A stretch of DNA of 64,000 nt, from contig OY764216.1 of NCBI GenBank assembly GCA_963668315.1, positions 3,424,001-3,488,000 on the forward strand, read 5' to 3'. The translations under genes were made by a program, and so were the position numbers. Every line of letters starts with the position of its first letter. Positions within the stretch are counted from its first letter, which is position 1. Shown here in pieces: positions 39,114 to 49,056 of the stretch. Origin of the DNA: Spirochaetia bacterium. GTDB taxonomy: Bacteria > Spirochaetota > Spirochaetia > DSM-2461. The notes beneath the pieces were generated by a model. That model made no database searches. It was not told the DNA's origin and saw nothing but the letters and a program-made list of their open reading frames with translations.

Positions 39114-40685
39114 ATGGGTGTATCCTACAATAACCTGGATAGGGCCGCCGCTTTCGGTGAGCTTTCATCTGCTGCCAAAGTCAATCTTAAAGATAATTTA
39201 ACCGCTAAAAGAATCAAAGAAGCCAATATCGCTGTCGGCGGCGGTCTTACCTATAATTACGCCGCCAAAGCCGTTGATGAGAGTATCGTTGCCATTCTGC
39301 AGAAACTGGCCGATGAGCAGGAGCTGATCGGGAAATACGGGGAGCTCTTGAACGGAGACGTGATCAACGTGGGCGAGGGCCGCAAGGTCATGCATCAGCT
39401 TACCAGAGGCCAGCAGGGATCGGATGTTCTCTTCGATGGAAAAAACCTGAGGGATTTCTACAAGGGGGAGCAGAAGAAAATCTATGATTTTGCTGCCAAA
39501 GTACATGCGGGCGAAATAAAAGGATCCACCGGAAAACCCTTCGATACGGTCTGCCAGATCGGTATCGGAGGAAGCGACCTGGGACCCCGGGCCCTTTACC
39601 TGGCCCTCTCCCACTATGCCGAGCCTATCCTGGATGCCTCCTTTATCTCCAATGTCGATCCCGATGATGCCAACGCCGTTCTCGAGACGGTCGATCTGGA
39701 AACAACCCTCTTTATTCTCGTTTCCAAAAGCGGAACCACCCAGGAAACCCTGGCCAATAAGAATTTTGTCGTGGAAATGTCCAAAAAAGCCGGCATCGAA
39801 GGGTTTGATCCTGCGGGACACCTGATTGCCGTCACCAGCGAAACAAGTCCCCTGGCTTCTTCCGATGATGTTCTGGCCGCTTTCTTTATGGACGATTTCA
39901 TCGGCGGCCGCTACTCTTCCACCAGTGCCGTCGGCGGTGCTGTTCTGGCCCTGGCCTTCGGCAAAGAGGTCTTCGAAGAGTTCCTGTCCGGCGCTGCCGA
40001 AGCGGACAAAGCCGCCCTGGAAAAGGATATCACCAAAAACGCCGCCCTGATGGACGCCATGATCGGCGTTTACGAGCGGAATGTTCTGGGGTTTCCCTCC
40101 ACCGCCGTTCTGCCCTACAGCCAGGCTCTGAACCGTTTTCCCGCCCATCTTCAGCAGCTGGACATGGAAAGCAACGGGAAATGCGTGAACCGGGCAGGGG
40201 AGAGGCTCTCCTATTCGACCGGTCCCGTGATTTTCGGTGAGCCCGGCACAAACGGACAGCACAGCTTTTATCAGCTCCTTCACCAGGGAACGGATATCGT
40301 GCCCCTCCAGTTCATCGGCTTTAAAAACAGCCAGATCGATTTTGACCTGGATTACGAAGGCTCCACCAGCCAGTCCAAGCTCAAGGCTAACCTGATCGCC
40401 CAGATCGTCGCCTTCGCCAAGGGATCGGCCAGCGACAATCCCAACAAGAATTTCGAAGGGGACCGCCCCTCTTCTCTTATCTACGGCGACAAGCTGACTC
40501 CCCGAGCTCTCGGTGCTCTTCTGGCCCATTTTGAGAACAAGGTGATGTTTCAAGGATTCTGCTGGAACCTGAACTCCTTTGATCAGGAAGGCGTTCAGCT
40601 CGGAAAGATTCTGACCAAGCAGGTTCTGGGCGGCGGCGAGATGGATGAAGCCCTCGTCGCTTTGAAAGAGCTGATGGAGATCTGA
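39114..40685 (+). CDS. pgi: Glucose-6-phosphate isomerase
   Basis: IGIGGSDLGP, SKSGTT, GGRYS and DQEGVQLGK motifs. Confidence 0.96.
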   Translation: MGVSYNNLDRAAAFGELSSAAKVNLKDNLTAKRIKEANIAVGGGLTYNYAAKAVDESIVAILQKLADEQELIGKYGELLNGDVINVGEGRKVMHQLTRGQQGSDVLFDGKNLRDFYKGEQKKIYDFAAKVHAGEIKGSTGKPFDTVCQIGIGGSDLGPRALYLALSHYAEPILDASFISNVDPDDANAVLETVDLETTLFILVSKSGTTQETLANKNFVVEMSKKAGIEGFDPAGHLIAVTSETSPLASSDDVLAAFFMDDFIGGRYSSTSAVGGAVLALAFGKEVFEEFLSGAAEADKAALEKDITKNAALMDAMIGVYERNVLGFPSTAVLPYSQALNRFPAHLQQLDMESNGKCVNRAGERLSYSTGPVIFGEPGTNGQHSFYQLLHQGTDIVPLQFIGFKNSQIDFDLDYEGSTSQSKLKANLIAQIVAFAKGSASDNPNKNFEGDRPSSLIYGDKLTPRALGALLAHFENKVMFQGFCWNLNSFDQEGVQLGKILTKQVLGGGEMDEALVALKELMEI

Positions 40686-40689
40686 TCGT

Positions 40690-41487
40690 ACGGACGTTAG
40701 AATCTTCGACATCAAGCGTTACTCCCTTCATGACGGACCGGGTATAAGAACAACCGTTTTCTTCATGGGGTGTCCGCTGAGATGTGACTGGTGCCATAAT
40801 CCGGAAAGCCAGAATTTCGGCACCAGTTATCTGTTCGATCGGGAAAGGTGCGCGCAATGCGGCGCCTGCGGAGGCAGGAGGGACTACGACTGCCTCCGGG
40901 ATGCCCGCAGATCCGTCGGATATGACATGGATGTGGATGAGCTTCTCGATAAACTGGAGAAAGACCGCCTTTTCTATGAGGAAACCGGAGGGGGCGTCAC
41001 TTTCTCCGGGGGCGAACCCCTGGCCCAGCCGGAATCTCTCAAGACCCTGCTGGAAGGGTGCGCGTCCAGGGATATTCCCGCCTGTCTTGATACATCGGGC
41101 TTCTGGAAAAGCGACCGGCCCCTGGCAGAGAGGGAGATTTCCGATCTTGCCGCTCTCTGCGAAAGAATCCTTTTTGATATCAAATCACTCGACCCGGTCA
41201 TCCATAAGAGACATACCGGAGGCGATCTGGAGAGAGTACTGGATACCCTGGATCTCTTCCTTCGTTCCGAAACCCCCGTGGAACTCAGGGTTCCCCTGAT
41301 ACCCGGAGTGAACAGCGAGGAAGAGTGCCAGACCGAAAGGGAGCGTTTCTTTGCCTCCCTGTCGGAAAAATATCCGGGGAAGCCGGATAAAGTCACCTAT
41401 CTGGACTACCATGAAACGGGTCGTCACAAATACACCCAACTGGGGAAGCCTTACCCCATGGATCAGCTTGTTAAGGAGAAATCATGA
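40690..41487 (+). CDS. Glycyl-radical activating enzyme (radical SAM); start codon unclear
   Basis: IFDIKRYSLHDGPGIRTTVFF in frame upstream of ATG 40765; CPLRCDWC and SGGEP motifs. Confidence 0.88.
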   Translation, partial: TDVRIFDIKRYSLHDGPGIRTTVFFMGCPLRCDWCHNPESQNFGTSYLFDRERCAQCGACGGRRDYDCLRDARRSVGYDMDVDELLDKLEKDRLFYEETGGGVTFSGGEPLAQPESLKTLLEGCASRDIPACLDTSGFWKSDRPLAEREISDLAALCERILFDIKSLDPVIHKRHTGGDLERVLDTLDLFLRSETPVELRVPLIPGVNSEEECQTERERFFASLSEKYPGKPDKVTYLDYHETGRHKYTQLGKPYPMDQLVKEKS

Positions 41488-43853
41488 CCGAAAGAATTGC
41501 CCGTCTGCGGGAACTCAGTTTTCATACGCCCGTTACCATAGATCCGGAAAGGGCCCTTATCGTTACCAGGCATTACAGGGAGAATCTGGGGAAGGATTCC
41601 CTTCCCGTTCTCCGTGCGAAAATGTTCAAGGCCCTTTGTCTGGAAAAAACGATCTACCTGGGAGAGGACGAGCTGATTGTGGGAGAGCGGGGATCTTCGC
41701 CCAAGGCGGTTCCCACCTATCCCGAGCTGACATGCCATTCCATGGAAGATCTCACCCTTCTTAACGGCCGGGATACCAACCCCTATCTGGTTTCCGAGGA
41801 GTGCTTCCGGCTCTATGAAGAGGAAATTATCCCCTTCTGGCAAGGCCGGACCATGAAGGAGAAGATCTTCCAGGTCCTGGAACCGTCCTGGCAGGACGCT
41901 TACGAGGCGGGTATTTTTACCGAATTTATGGAACAGAGAGCCCCCGGACATACCACACTGGACGGGAAGTTCTATGTGAAGGGGATGGCCGGGTTTACGG
42001 AGGATATCCTCCATGAAATCGATAGGATCGATTACAGCCGTCCCGATAGCCTGGAGAGAAAGGATGAGCTTGAAGCCATGCTTATCTCCTGTGAGGCGGT
42101 TATTCTCTTCTCCCGCAGGCATGCGGCTCTGGCTACGGAAAAGGCGGCGGAGGCTCGGGAGAGGGGAGATAAGGCCCGGGTGGACGAACTGGAGGAGATC
42201 GCCGCCGTCTGTTCCCGCGTCCCTGAAAACGCACCGGAAACCTTCCATGAGGCCCTTCAGATGTACTGGTGGATGCATCTGGGCACCATAACCGAGCTTA
42301 ACGGCTGGGACGCCATGAATCCGGGCCATCTCGACCGGTATTTCTACCCCTTTTACAAAAGGGATCTGGAAAGGGGAATCCTGACGAAGGAAAAAGCCCG
42401 GGAACTTCTCTCGGCCTTCTGGATTAAATTCAACAATCATCCCGCCCCTCCCAAAGTCGGCGTGACAGCCAAGGAGAGCGGGACATACAACGATTTTACC
42501 AACATTAACATGGGGGGTGTTCTGGCGGACGGCTCGGACGGGGTGAACGATATCTCCTATCTGATGCTCGAGGTCATGGAGGAGATACACCTGCTCCAGC
42601 CCCAGGGGAACATACAGCTTTCCCGGGTGAACAGCGACCGCTTTCTCAAGGCGGCCTGCCGTGTCATCCGCAAAGGCTACGGTTATCCCAGCATCTTTAA
42701 CTGCGACGGCCTGGTGGAACAGATGCTCCGGGCGGGCAAGGGGCTGGAAGACGCCCGGGACGGGGGAACCTCGGGATGCGTGGAAACGGGAGCCTTCGGC
42801 AAGGAAGCCTATATCCTCACGGGCTATTTCAATGTGCCCAAGATGCTGGAACTGGCCCTGAACAACGGAATCGATCCGGTAACCGGGAAAAAACTTGGCC
42901 CTGCCACAGGTGAGGCATCTTCCCTGAATTCCTTTGACAAACTATATGAAGCCTTTGAAAGGCAGCTGGATCACTTTATCGGAATAAAGTATCAAGGCAA
43001 TCTGGCCATTGAAGCTCTCTTCGCCCGGTACGCGCCGGCGCCTTTTCTTTCCGTACTGGTGGACGACTGCATCAGAAAAGGCAGGGACTATAATGCCGGC
43101 GGTGCCCGGTATAATACGAACTACATACAGTGCGTCGGAATCGGCAGCATCACCGATGCCCTTTCCGCCGTGAAAACCCATGTCTTCACCGACGGGGAGG
43201 GGGGGGACCTCTCATCCCTGATCCGAATGCTTAACAGCGACTGGGAGGGCCATGAGGAGAAACGTCTCGTTTACAGCCGCAGGACCCCCCGTTACGGGAA
43301 TGATGACGACCGGGCTGACGATCTGATGAAGAGGGTTTTTCACTCCCTCTACAAGTCCATAGACGGACGGAAGAATTTGAGGGGAGGCGAGTATCATGTG
43401 GATATGCTTCCCACCACATGCCATATCTATTTCGGGGAGAAAACCGGTGCGACCGCCGACGGAAGGTTTGCCGGTGAACCCCTCTCCGAGGGGATCTCTC
43501 CCGTACAGGGAGCCGACAGGGAAGGGCCCACCGCCGTGGTCAGATCCTGCGGGAAAATGGATCAGGCCCTGACAGGGGGAACCCTTCTGAATATGAAGCT
43601 GCTTCCCGATCTGATCAAGGATGAGGAGGGTATCGATAAGATGGCCCGCCTGGTCAGAACCTACTTCCGTTACGGGGGGCATCATATTCAGTTCAACGTG
43701 GTCAGCCGGGATACCCTCCTGGATGCCAAAGCCCATCCGGAGAAGTATGCCGATCTGATCGTGAGGGTCGCCGGATACAGCGACTACTTCTGCGATATCG
43801 GCCAGGCCCTGCAGGATGAAATCATCAACAGAACATCGCAGGAAAAGATTTGA
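41484..43853 (+). CDS. hypD: Glycyl radical enzyme, probable trans-4-hydroxy-L-proline dehydratase
   Basis: EQRAPGHT, PPKVGVT..ESGTY.DF, SGCVE, PTTCH and RVAGYS motifs. Confidence 0.85.
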   Translation: MTERIARLRELSFHTPVTIDPERALIVTRHYRENLGKDSLPVLRAKMFKALCLEKTIYLGEDELIVGERGSSPKAVPTYPELTCHSMEDLTLLNGRDTNPYLVSEECFRLYEEEIIPFWQGRTMKEKIFQVLEPSWQDAYEAGIFTEFMEQRAPGHTTLDGKFYVKGMAGFTEDILHEIDRIDYSRPDSLERKDELEAMLISCEAVILFSRRHAALATEKAAEARERGDKARVDELEEIAAVCSRVPENAPETFHEALQMYWWMHLGTITELNGWDAMNPGHLDRYFYPFYKRDLERGILTKEKARELLSAFWIKFNNHPAPPKVGVTAKESGTYNDFTNINMGGVLADGSDGVNDISYLMLEVMEEIHLLQPQGNIQLSRVNSDRFLKAACRVIRKGYGYPSIFNCDGLVEQMLRAGKGLEDARDGGTSGCVETGAFGKEAYILTGYFNVPKMLELALNNGIDPVTGKKLGPATGEASSLNSFDKLYEAFERQLDHFIGIKYQGNLAIEALFARYAPAPFLSVLVDDCIRKGRDYNAGGARYNTNYIQCVGIGSITDALSAVKTHVFTDGEGGDLSSLIRMLNSDWEGHEEKRLVYSRRTPRYGNDDDRADDLMKRVFHSLYKSIDGRKNLRGGEYHVDMLPTTCHIYFGEKTGATADGRFAGEPLSEGISPVQGADREGPTAVVRSCGKMDQALTGGTLLNMKLLPDLIKDEEGIDKMARLVRTYFRYGGHHIQFNVVSRDTLLDAKAHPEKYADLIVRVAGYSDYFCDIGQALQDEIINRTSQEKI

Positions 43854-43869
43854 TCTTTAAAGGAAAGAG

Positions 43870-43914
43870 AACGGGAGGCTTAGTTGGTACGCGGCTAAGC
43901 CTCCCGTTTTTTTT
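43870..43914. terminator. Terminator between convergent genes
   Basis: AACGGGAGGCTTAG/CTAAGCCTCCCGTT stem followed by a T-run. Confidence 0.8.
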
Positions 43915-45178
43915 ATTCGGCCTGAACCAGAGGGATTTCCCTCCAGCGGGTCGTATAACAGGGCGAGAGGTAGTCTCTGTTCATCAGATCCGATTTGTCC
44001 TTAAGGCCGGTGGCCGCACTTTGGAGAGACATTTTTCCGAATTTTCCGATGAGTTCCTGCTGAGCCAGATCCATCTTCCTTTTCTTCTCCTCCCGTTTTC
44101 TCTCTTCCTCGGGGAAGAAAAGATCTTCCGAGGGGGATTTCCACGGCTCCAGTCCTCCCAGGTTGACCGCTGTCCGGTTATAGGGGGTCCCGGGAAGGTA
44201 GATCTCTTCGGCCGCCCGGACAGCGGCTTTTATGATATCCGGCGGGTACGCCAGGGGTTTATCGAGGGATAGGCCCCTGTAGGCATGGCGGAAATTCTCC
44301 TTGAAGCGGTTGGTGTTCATACTCACCGCCACCAGGGAGCAGACCGCCTTCTCCCCGGCCAGTTTGCGCGAGGCGGAGAGGGCGTGGCGGGCCACCGCCT
44401 CCCTGACGTCCGCCCAGGCGGCCAGGGGCTTTTTGGTGGTGATGCCGCTGACGATCTCCTTCCGGGGAGGCGGGGCCAGCTCGGCGGAGATCATCGGCTT
44501 TCCCCGCAGTTCCCATACCGTATAGAGGGTGACCACGGTCAGGTTTTTCTTCACCCACCAGTCCTCCTGCCGGGCCAGGTCCCAGGCTGTCTCGATTCCC
44601 TGAGACCGGAGAAATTCCCCCTTGCGCCGGCCGATGCCCCAGACGGAGGAGGCCGGTGTCCGGCGGAGAATCTCCTCTTCCCTTTCCCCGGTCATGATAA
44701 AGAGCCCTTCCGTGTTCTTGCTGTACCGTTCGGCCATTTTCGCCAGCGTTTTGGTGCGCCCTATGCCGATAGAGACGGGGATGCCGGTGCACCGTTCCAC
44801 CTCTTCCTTGAGGGAGGTTATGAGTTTTCCGATCCCCCGGACGGACTCTTCCTCCGGGAAAAAAAGGAAGGCCTCGTCTATGGAGTAGACTTCCAGGGCG
44901 GGAACCTGTCTTCTTACCGTATCCATGATGCGGTTGGAAATATCCTGATAGAGGGCGTAGTTGGAGGAGAATACGGCGGTATTCAGTTTTTCCAGAAAGG
45001 CCCGGTTCTGGTGGTAGGGCGCCCCCCGGGCGATGCCCAGTTTTTTCGCCTCTCCCGACTGGGCGACGATGCAGCCGTCGTTATTGCTCAGCACCACGAT
45101 GGGCCGCCCTTTCAGGTCGGGACGGAAGATCCGCTCGCAGGAGGCGTAGAAGCTGTTGCAGTCGATGAGCCCTACCAT
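43913..45178 (-). CDS. umuC: Y-family DNA polymerase V subunit
   Basis: DCNSFYASCE, VLSNNDGC, YSIDE and SPCYTT motifs. Confidence 0.93.
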   Translation of the reverse strand: MVGLIDCNSFYASCERIFRPDLKGRPIVVLSNNDGCIVAQSGEAKKLGIARGAPYHQNRAFLEKLNTAVFSSNYALYQDISNRIMDTVRRQVPALEVYSIDEAFLFFPEEESVRGIGKLITSLKEEVERCTGIPVSIGIGRTKTLAKMAERYSKNTEGLFIMTGEREEEILRRTPASSVWGIGRRKGEFLRSQGIETAWDLARQEDWWVKKNLTVVTLYTVWELRGKPMISAELAPPPRKEIVSGITTKKPLAAWADVREAVARHALSASRKLAGEKAVCSLVAVSMNTNRFKENFRHAYRGLSLDKPLAYPPDIIKAAVRAAEEIYLPGTPYNRTAVNLGGLEPWKSPSEDLFFPEEERKREEKKRKMDLAQQELIGKFGKMSLQSAATGLKDKSDLMNRDYLSPCYTTRWREIPLVQAE

Positions 45179-45669
45179 GCCTCTTCTCCCCGGGAGGTTT
45201 TCCCTCCCGGCTGGGACCGGAAGGATTTGAGGCAGTAGGTCACCACGCCGAAGCAGAAGAGCTCCTCCTCCCCCCTGAGCTCGATATCCTCGTAGTCTAT
45301 ATTGGCCGCTTTCAGTACGACCTTTCCCCCTCCGGGGCGGGACAGGGTTTTGACGGTAAAGCTCCCGTCCAGGGCCGCCACGATCACATCGCCGTCCCGG
45401 GGAAAGAGGGAGCGGTCCACCACGAGGATGTCTCCCGGGGAAATCCCCTTGCCCTCCATGGAGTGGCCCGAGACGCGCAGACAGTAGGTGGCGCTTTTGT
45501 TGCCTACCAGGAGTTCATTGAAATCCAGCCCGTCCTCTTTGTAGTCCGCCGCGGGCGAGGGGAAGCCGCACTTGACCGATTCGGCGAAAAGGGGCACCGA
45601 CAGAAAGGGGCCGTCGGGGGGCGTTTGTATTTTTTTCATGAGAATTTTTCTATCTGTCATACTATACAA
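45172..45669 (-). CDS. umuD: UmuD, S24 peptidase
   Basis: CGFPSPA, GHSM and FTVK motifs. Confidence 0.9.
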   Translation of the reverse strand: MYSMTDRKILMKKIQTPPDGPFLSVPLFAESVKCGFPSPAADYKEDGLDFNELLVGNKSATYCLRVSGHSMEGKGISPGDILVVDRSLFPRDGDVIVAALDGSFTVKTLSRPGGGKVVLKAANIDYEDIELRGEEELFCFGVVTYCLKSFRSQPGGKTSRGEEAW

Positions 45670-45717
45670 ATGTAAGGTATGTGATTCGGGAAGTCAAGAG
45701 GGAAGGAGCCGAAAGGA

Positions 45718-45839
45718 CAAGGGATCGGAGGGGGCGGAGCCGACGCCGGAGGCGGCCGGAGCGGAGCGCAGCCCGGAGCAGCCCGGTGGCGGCCGACGGA
45801 GGAGGGCGGCATGGCCCCGAAACAGGGCGGCGACCCTTG
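45718..45839. repeat. GC-rich imperfect palindrome, REP/MITE-like
   Basis: CAAGGGATCG...CGACCCTTG ends; intergenic. Confidence 0.5.
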
Positions 45840-45907
45840 CACCATTTCTTTGAATCCATTAAAATATCCAGACAATATTTTTACCCGAGTGGGTTAAGAG
45901 GAACAAG

Positions 45908-48900
45908 ATGTACAAAACGGTTGATCCCAGAGTGAATTTTCCTGCCATGGAAGAGTCCATACTAAAATTCTGGGAAGAAGAGAAGATTTTTGAGAAATCC
46001 CTGGAGACACGAAAGGGGAGCGAGGACTTTGTCTTTTACGACGGCCCTCCCTTTGCGACCGGACTGCCCCATTACGGGCATATTCTGGCGGGGACCATCA
46101 AGGATGTGATCCCCCGTTATCAGACTATGAAGGGAAAGCACGTTTCCCGCCGTTTCGGATGGGACTGCCACGGCCTTCCCGTCGAGTATGAAATGGAAAA
46201 ACAGCTGGGCATCTCCGGTAAAACACAGATCGAAGAGTACGGCGTGGCCAACTTTAACGAGATGTGCCGCTCCATCGTCCTGCGCTATACGGGCGAATGG
46301 CGCGATATCATCACGAGGACGGGCCGGTGGGTCGACTTCGATCACGACTACAAGACCATGGAGCCCGATTACATGGAGTCCATCTGGTGGGTTGTGAAGA
46401 GCCTCTGGGAGAAGGGCCTGATCTACGAAGGCCACTATATCCTGCCTTACTGCCCCCGCTGTTCCACCGTACTGAGCAACCACGAGCTGAATCTGGGCGG
46501 ATACAAGGAAGTACACGATCCGGCCATTACCATACGTTTTAAAGTGAAGGGCACCGAAGACACCTATCTTCTGGCCTGGACAACGACTCCCTGGACGCTG
46601 CCTTCCAACCTGGCCGTCTGTATGGGGCCGGATATCGATTACGTGAAGGTCAAGGACGGGGACGAGTTCTATATCCTGGCCGAATCCCGCCTGGCCGCCT
46701 ACTATAAGGACGAAAACGCCTACGAGATCGTCGAGAAGAAGAAGGGTTCCGAATGGCTGGGCATGAAGTACGAGCCTTTGTTCGACTACTTCGCCGACCG
46801 GGAAGAGCAGGGCGCCTTCCAGGTCTACACCGGCGACCACGTCACAACCGAAGACGGTACGGGCATCGTCCATACCGCCTCCGGCTTCGGTGAGGAGGAC
46901 TACGAAGTCCTGCGTAACACCGAGGTGGAGCCCGCCTGCCCCATAGACGGGGAGTGCCGCTTTACCGCCGAGGTCCCCGACTACCAGGGCCGCTTCGTCA
47001 AGGACTGCGACAAGGATATCATCAACCGCCTCAAGGACGAGGGCAAGCTGGTCAAGAGGGATCAGCTCCTTCACCCCTATCCCCACTGCTGGCGCTGTGA
47101 ATCCCCCCTCATCTACCGGGCCGTCGGTTCCTGGTTCGTGAAAATCGATCCGATCAAGAAGAAGATGATCGACTCGAACAATACGATCCGCTGGGTGCCG
47201 GACCACCTGCAGCAGGGACGCTTCGGCAAGTGGCTGGAGGGCGCCCGGGACTGGGCCATCTCCCGTAACCGCTACTGGGGCAACCCGATCCCCATCTGGT
47301 CCTGTCCCGACTGCGGCGAGAAGGCCTGTATCGGAAGCCGGGCCGAGCTGGAAGAGCTTTCCGGCGTGAAGCTGAACGACCTGCACAAGCATTTCGTGGA
47401 CGAGGTGGAGATCCCCTGTTCCTGCGGCGGCAAAATGAAACGGGTCCCCGAAGTTCTGGACTGCTGGTTCGAGTCGGGCTCCATGCCCTACGCCCAGGTC
47501 CATTACCCCTTTGAGAACAAGGAGTGGTTCGAGGCGAATTTCCCGGCCAACTTCATCGCCGAAGGTCTGGACCAGACCCGGGGCTGGTTCTATACGCTGA
47601 CGATCCTGGCGGCGGCCCTGTTCGACGGGCCGGCCTTCCGGAACGTCATCGTCAACGGGCTGATCCTGGCCGAGGACGGCAAGAAAATGTCCAAGTCCCT
47701 CAGGAACTTCACCGACCCCATGGAGATCATCAATGAGTTCTCCGCCGACGCCATGCGCCTCTACCTGATGAACTCCGCCGCGGTCAAGGCCGAATCTCTC
47801 CGCTTCTCCGACGAAGGGGTCAGGGACGTTCTCAAGGGCATCATCATCCCCCTGTGGAACGCCTACAGCTTTTTCGTCACCTACGCCAATATCGACGGCT
47901 GCACCATCACGGAAGCGGTGACGAATCCCGATAATCCCCTGGACAAATGGCTCCTCTCCGAAACGGAGAAGCTCGTGGCCAACGCCACGGAACAGCTCGA
48001 CGCCTATGACCTGCAGAGGACCATCGACCCGATCGTGGCTTTTATCGACTCCCTGAACAACTGGTATATCCGCCGTTCAAGAAGACGTTTCTGGAAGAGC
48101 GAGAACGACGGGGACAAGGATCAGGCCTATAAGACCCTCTGGCACGCTTTGATTACTCTGGTGAAAGTGGCGGCTCCCTTTATTCCCTTCGTGACCGAAG
48201 AGATCTACAGAAACCTGAAAACCGAGGATATGCCCGAATCGGTCCATCTGGCCCAGTGGCCCGTGGCCGCCGAGGAGAGGCGTGATATCGAGCTGGAAAG
48301 AAAGATGGAACTGACCCGTCAGGCCGTGTCCATGGGCCGGGCCCTCCGGACCCAGCACAAGCTCAAGACCCGCCAGCCCCTGAAGGCCCTTCATCTGGTG
48401 ACCAGAGACAAGGCGGAGAAGACGATTCTCTACGAAATGAGCGAAATCATTGCCGAAGAGCTGAACGTCAAGGAAGTGATCTTCCGTGAGAACGAAGAGG
48501 ATCTGGTCGAATACAACGCCAAGGCGAATTTCAAGGTGCTCGGCCGGGAGCTGGGCAAGGATATGAAAGCCGCCGCCGCCCGCATCGAGCAGCTCTCCGT
48601 TTCGGAGATCACCAGCCTGATGGAAGGGGCCACCCTGAACATCGAGTTTGACGGAAAGGATAAGACGACCCTTGACCTGAACAGCGATTCCATCGTGATC
48701 CAGAGGTCGGAGAAAGAGGGACTCAAGGTCCTGAACGAAGGCTCCCTGACCGTGGCACTCGATCCGGAAATCACCGATGAGCTTCTGAAGGAAGGTATCG
48801 TCCGGGATATCGTGCGGGCCGTTCAGAATCTCAGGAAGGAGTCCGACCTGGATGTGCAGGACAGGATCAATCTGACCCTTATCGGTTCCGATACGGTGAA

Positions 48901-49036
48901 GGATGCGGTGGTCGATTTTGAAGACTACCTGATGCAGGAAACCCTTACCGCCTCCTGGTCCTGGGAAGAGCCCGTTTCCGCCATAGAAGCGGCCGCCGGC
49001 GACGAGAGCGTGAAAATCGGTCTGGCGAAAGCCTAA
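45908..49036 (+). CDS. ileS: Isoleucyl-tRNA synthetase (long IleRS2-like form)
   Basis: DGPPFATGLPHYGH, GWDCHGLP and KMSKS motifs. Confidence 0.96.
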   Translation: MYKTVDPRVNFPAMEESILKFWEEEKIFEKSLETRKGSEDFVFYDGPPFATGLPHYGHILAGTIKDVIPRYQTMKGKHVSRRFGWDCHGLPVEYEMEKQLGISGKTQIEEYGVANFNEMCRSIVLRYTGEWRDIITRTGRWVDFDHDYKTMEPDYMESIWWVVKSLWEKGLIYEGHYILPYCPRCSTVLSNHELNLGGYKEVHDPAITIRFKVKGTEDTYLLAWTTTPWTLPSNLAVCMGPDIDYVKVKDGDEFYILAESRLAAYYKDENAYEIVEKKKGSEWLGMKYEPLFDYFADREEQGAFQVYTGDHVTTEDGTGIVHTASGFGEEDYEVLRNTEVEPACPIDGECRFTAEVPDYQGRFVKDCDKDIINRLKDEGKLVKRDQLLHPYPHCWRCESPLIYRAVGSWFVKIDPIKKKMIDSNNTIRWVPDHLQQGRFGKWLEGARDWAISRNRYWGNPIPIWSCPDCGEKACIGSRAELEELSGVKLNDLHKHFVDEVEIPCSCGGKMKRVPEVLDCWFESGSMPYAQVHYPFENKEWFEANFPANFIAEGLDQTRGWFYTLTILAAALFDGPAFRNVIVNGLILAEDGKKMSKSLRNFTDPMEIINEFSADAMRLYLMNSAAVKAESLRFSDEGVRDVLKGIIIPLWNAYSFFVTYANIDGCTITEAVTNPDNPLDKWLLSETEKLVANATEQLDAYDLQRTIDPIVAFIDSLNNWYIRRSRRRFWKSENDGDKDQAYKTLWHALITLVKVAAPFIPFVTEEIYRNLKTEDMPESVHLAQWPVAAEERRDIELERKMELTRQAVSMGRALRTQHKLKTRQPLKALHLVTRDKAEKTILYEMSEIIAEELNVKEVIFRENEEDLVEYNAKANFKVLGRELGKDMKAAAARIEQLSVSEITSLMEGATLNIEFDGKDKTTLDLNSDSIVIQRSEKEGLKVLNEGSLTVALDPEITDELLKEGIVRDIVRAVQNLRKESDLDVQDRINLTLIGSDTVKDAVVDFEDYLMQETLTASWSWEEPVSAIEAAAGDESVKIGLAKA

Positions 49037-49056
49037 GGCCTCCGGCCGGGCGGATC

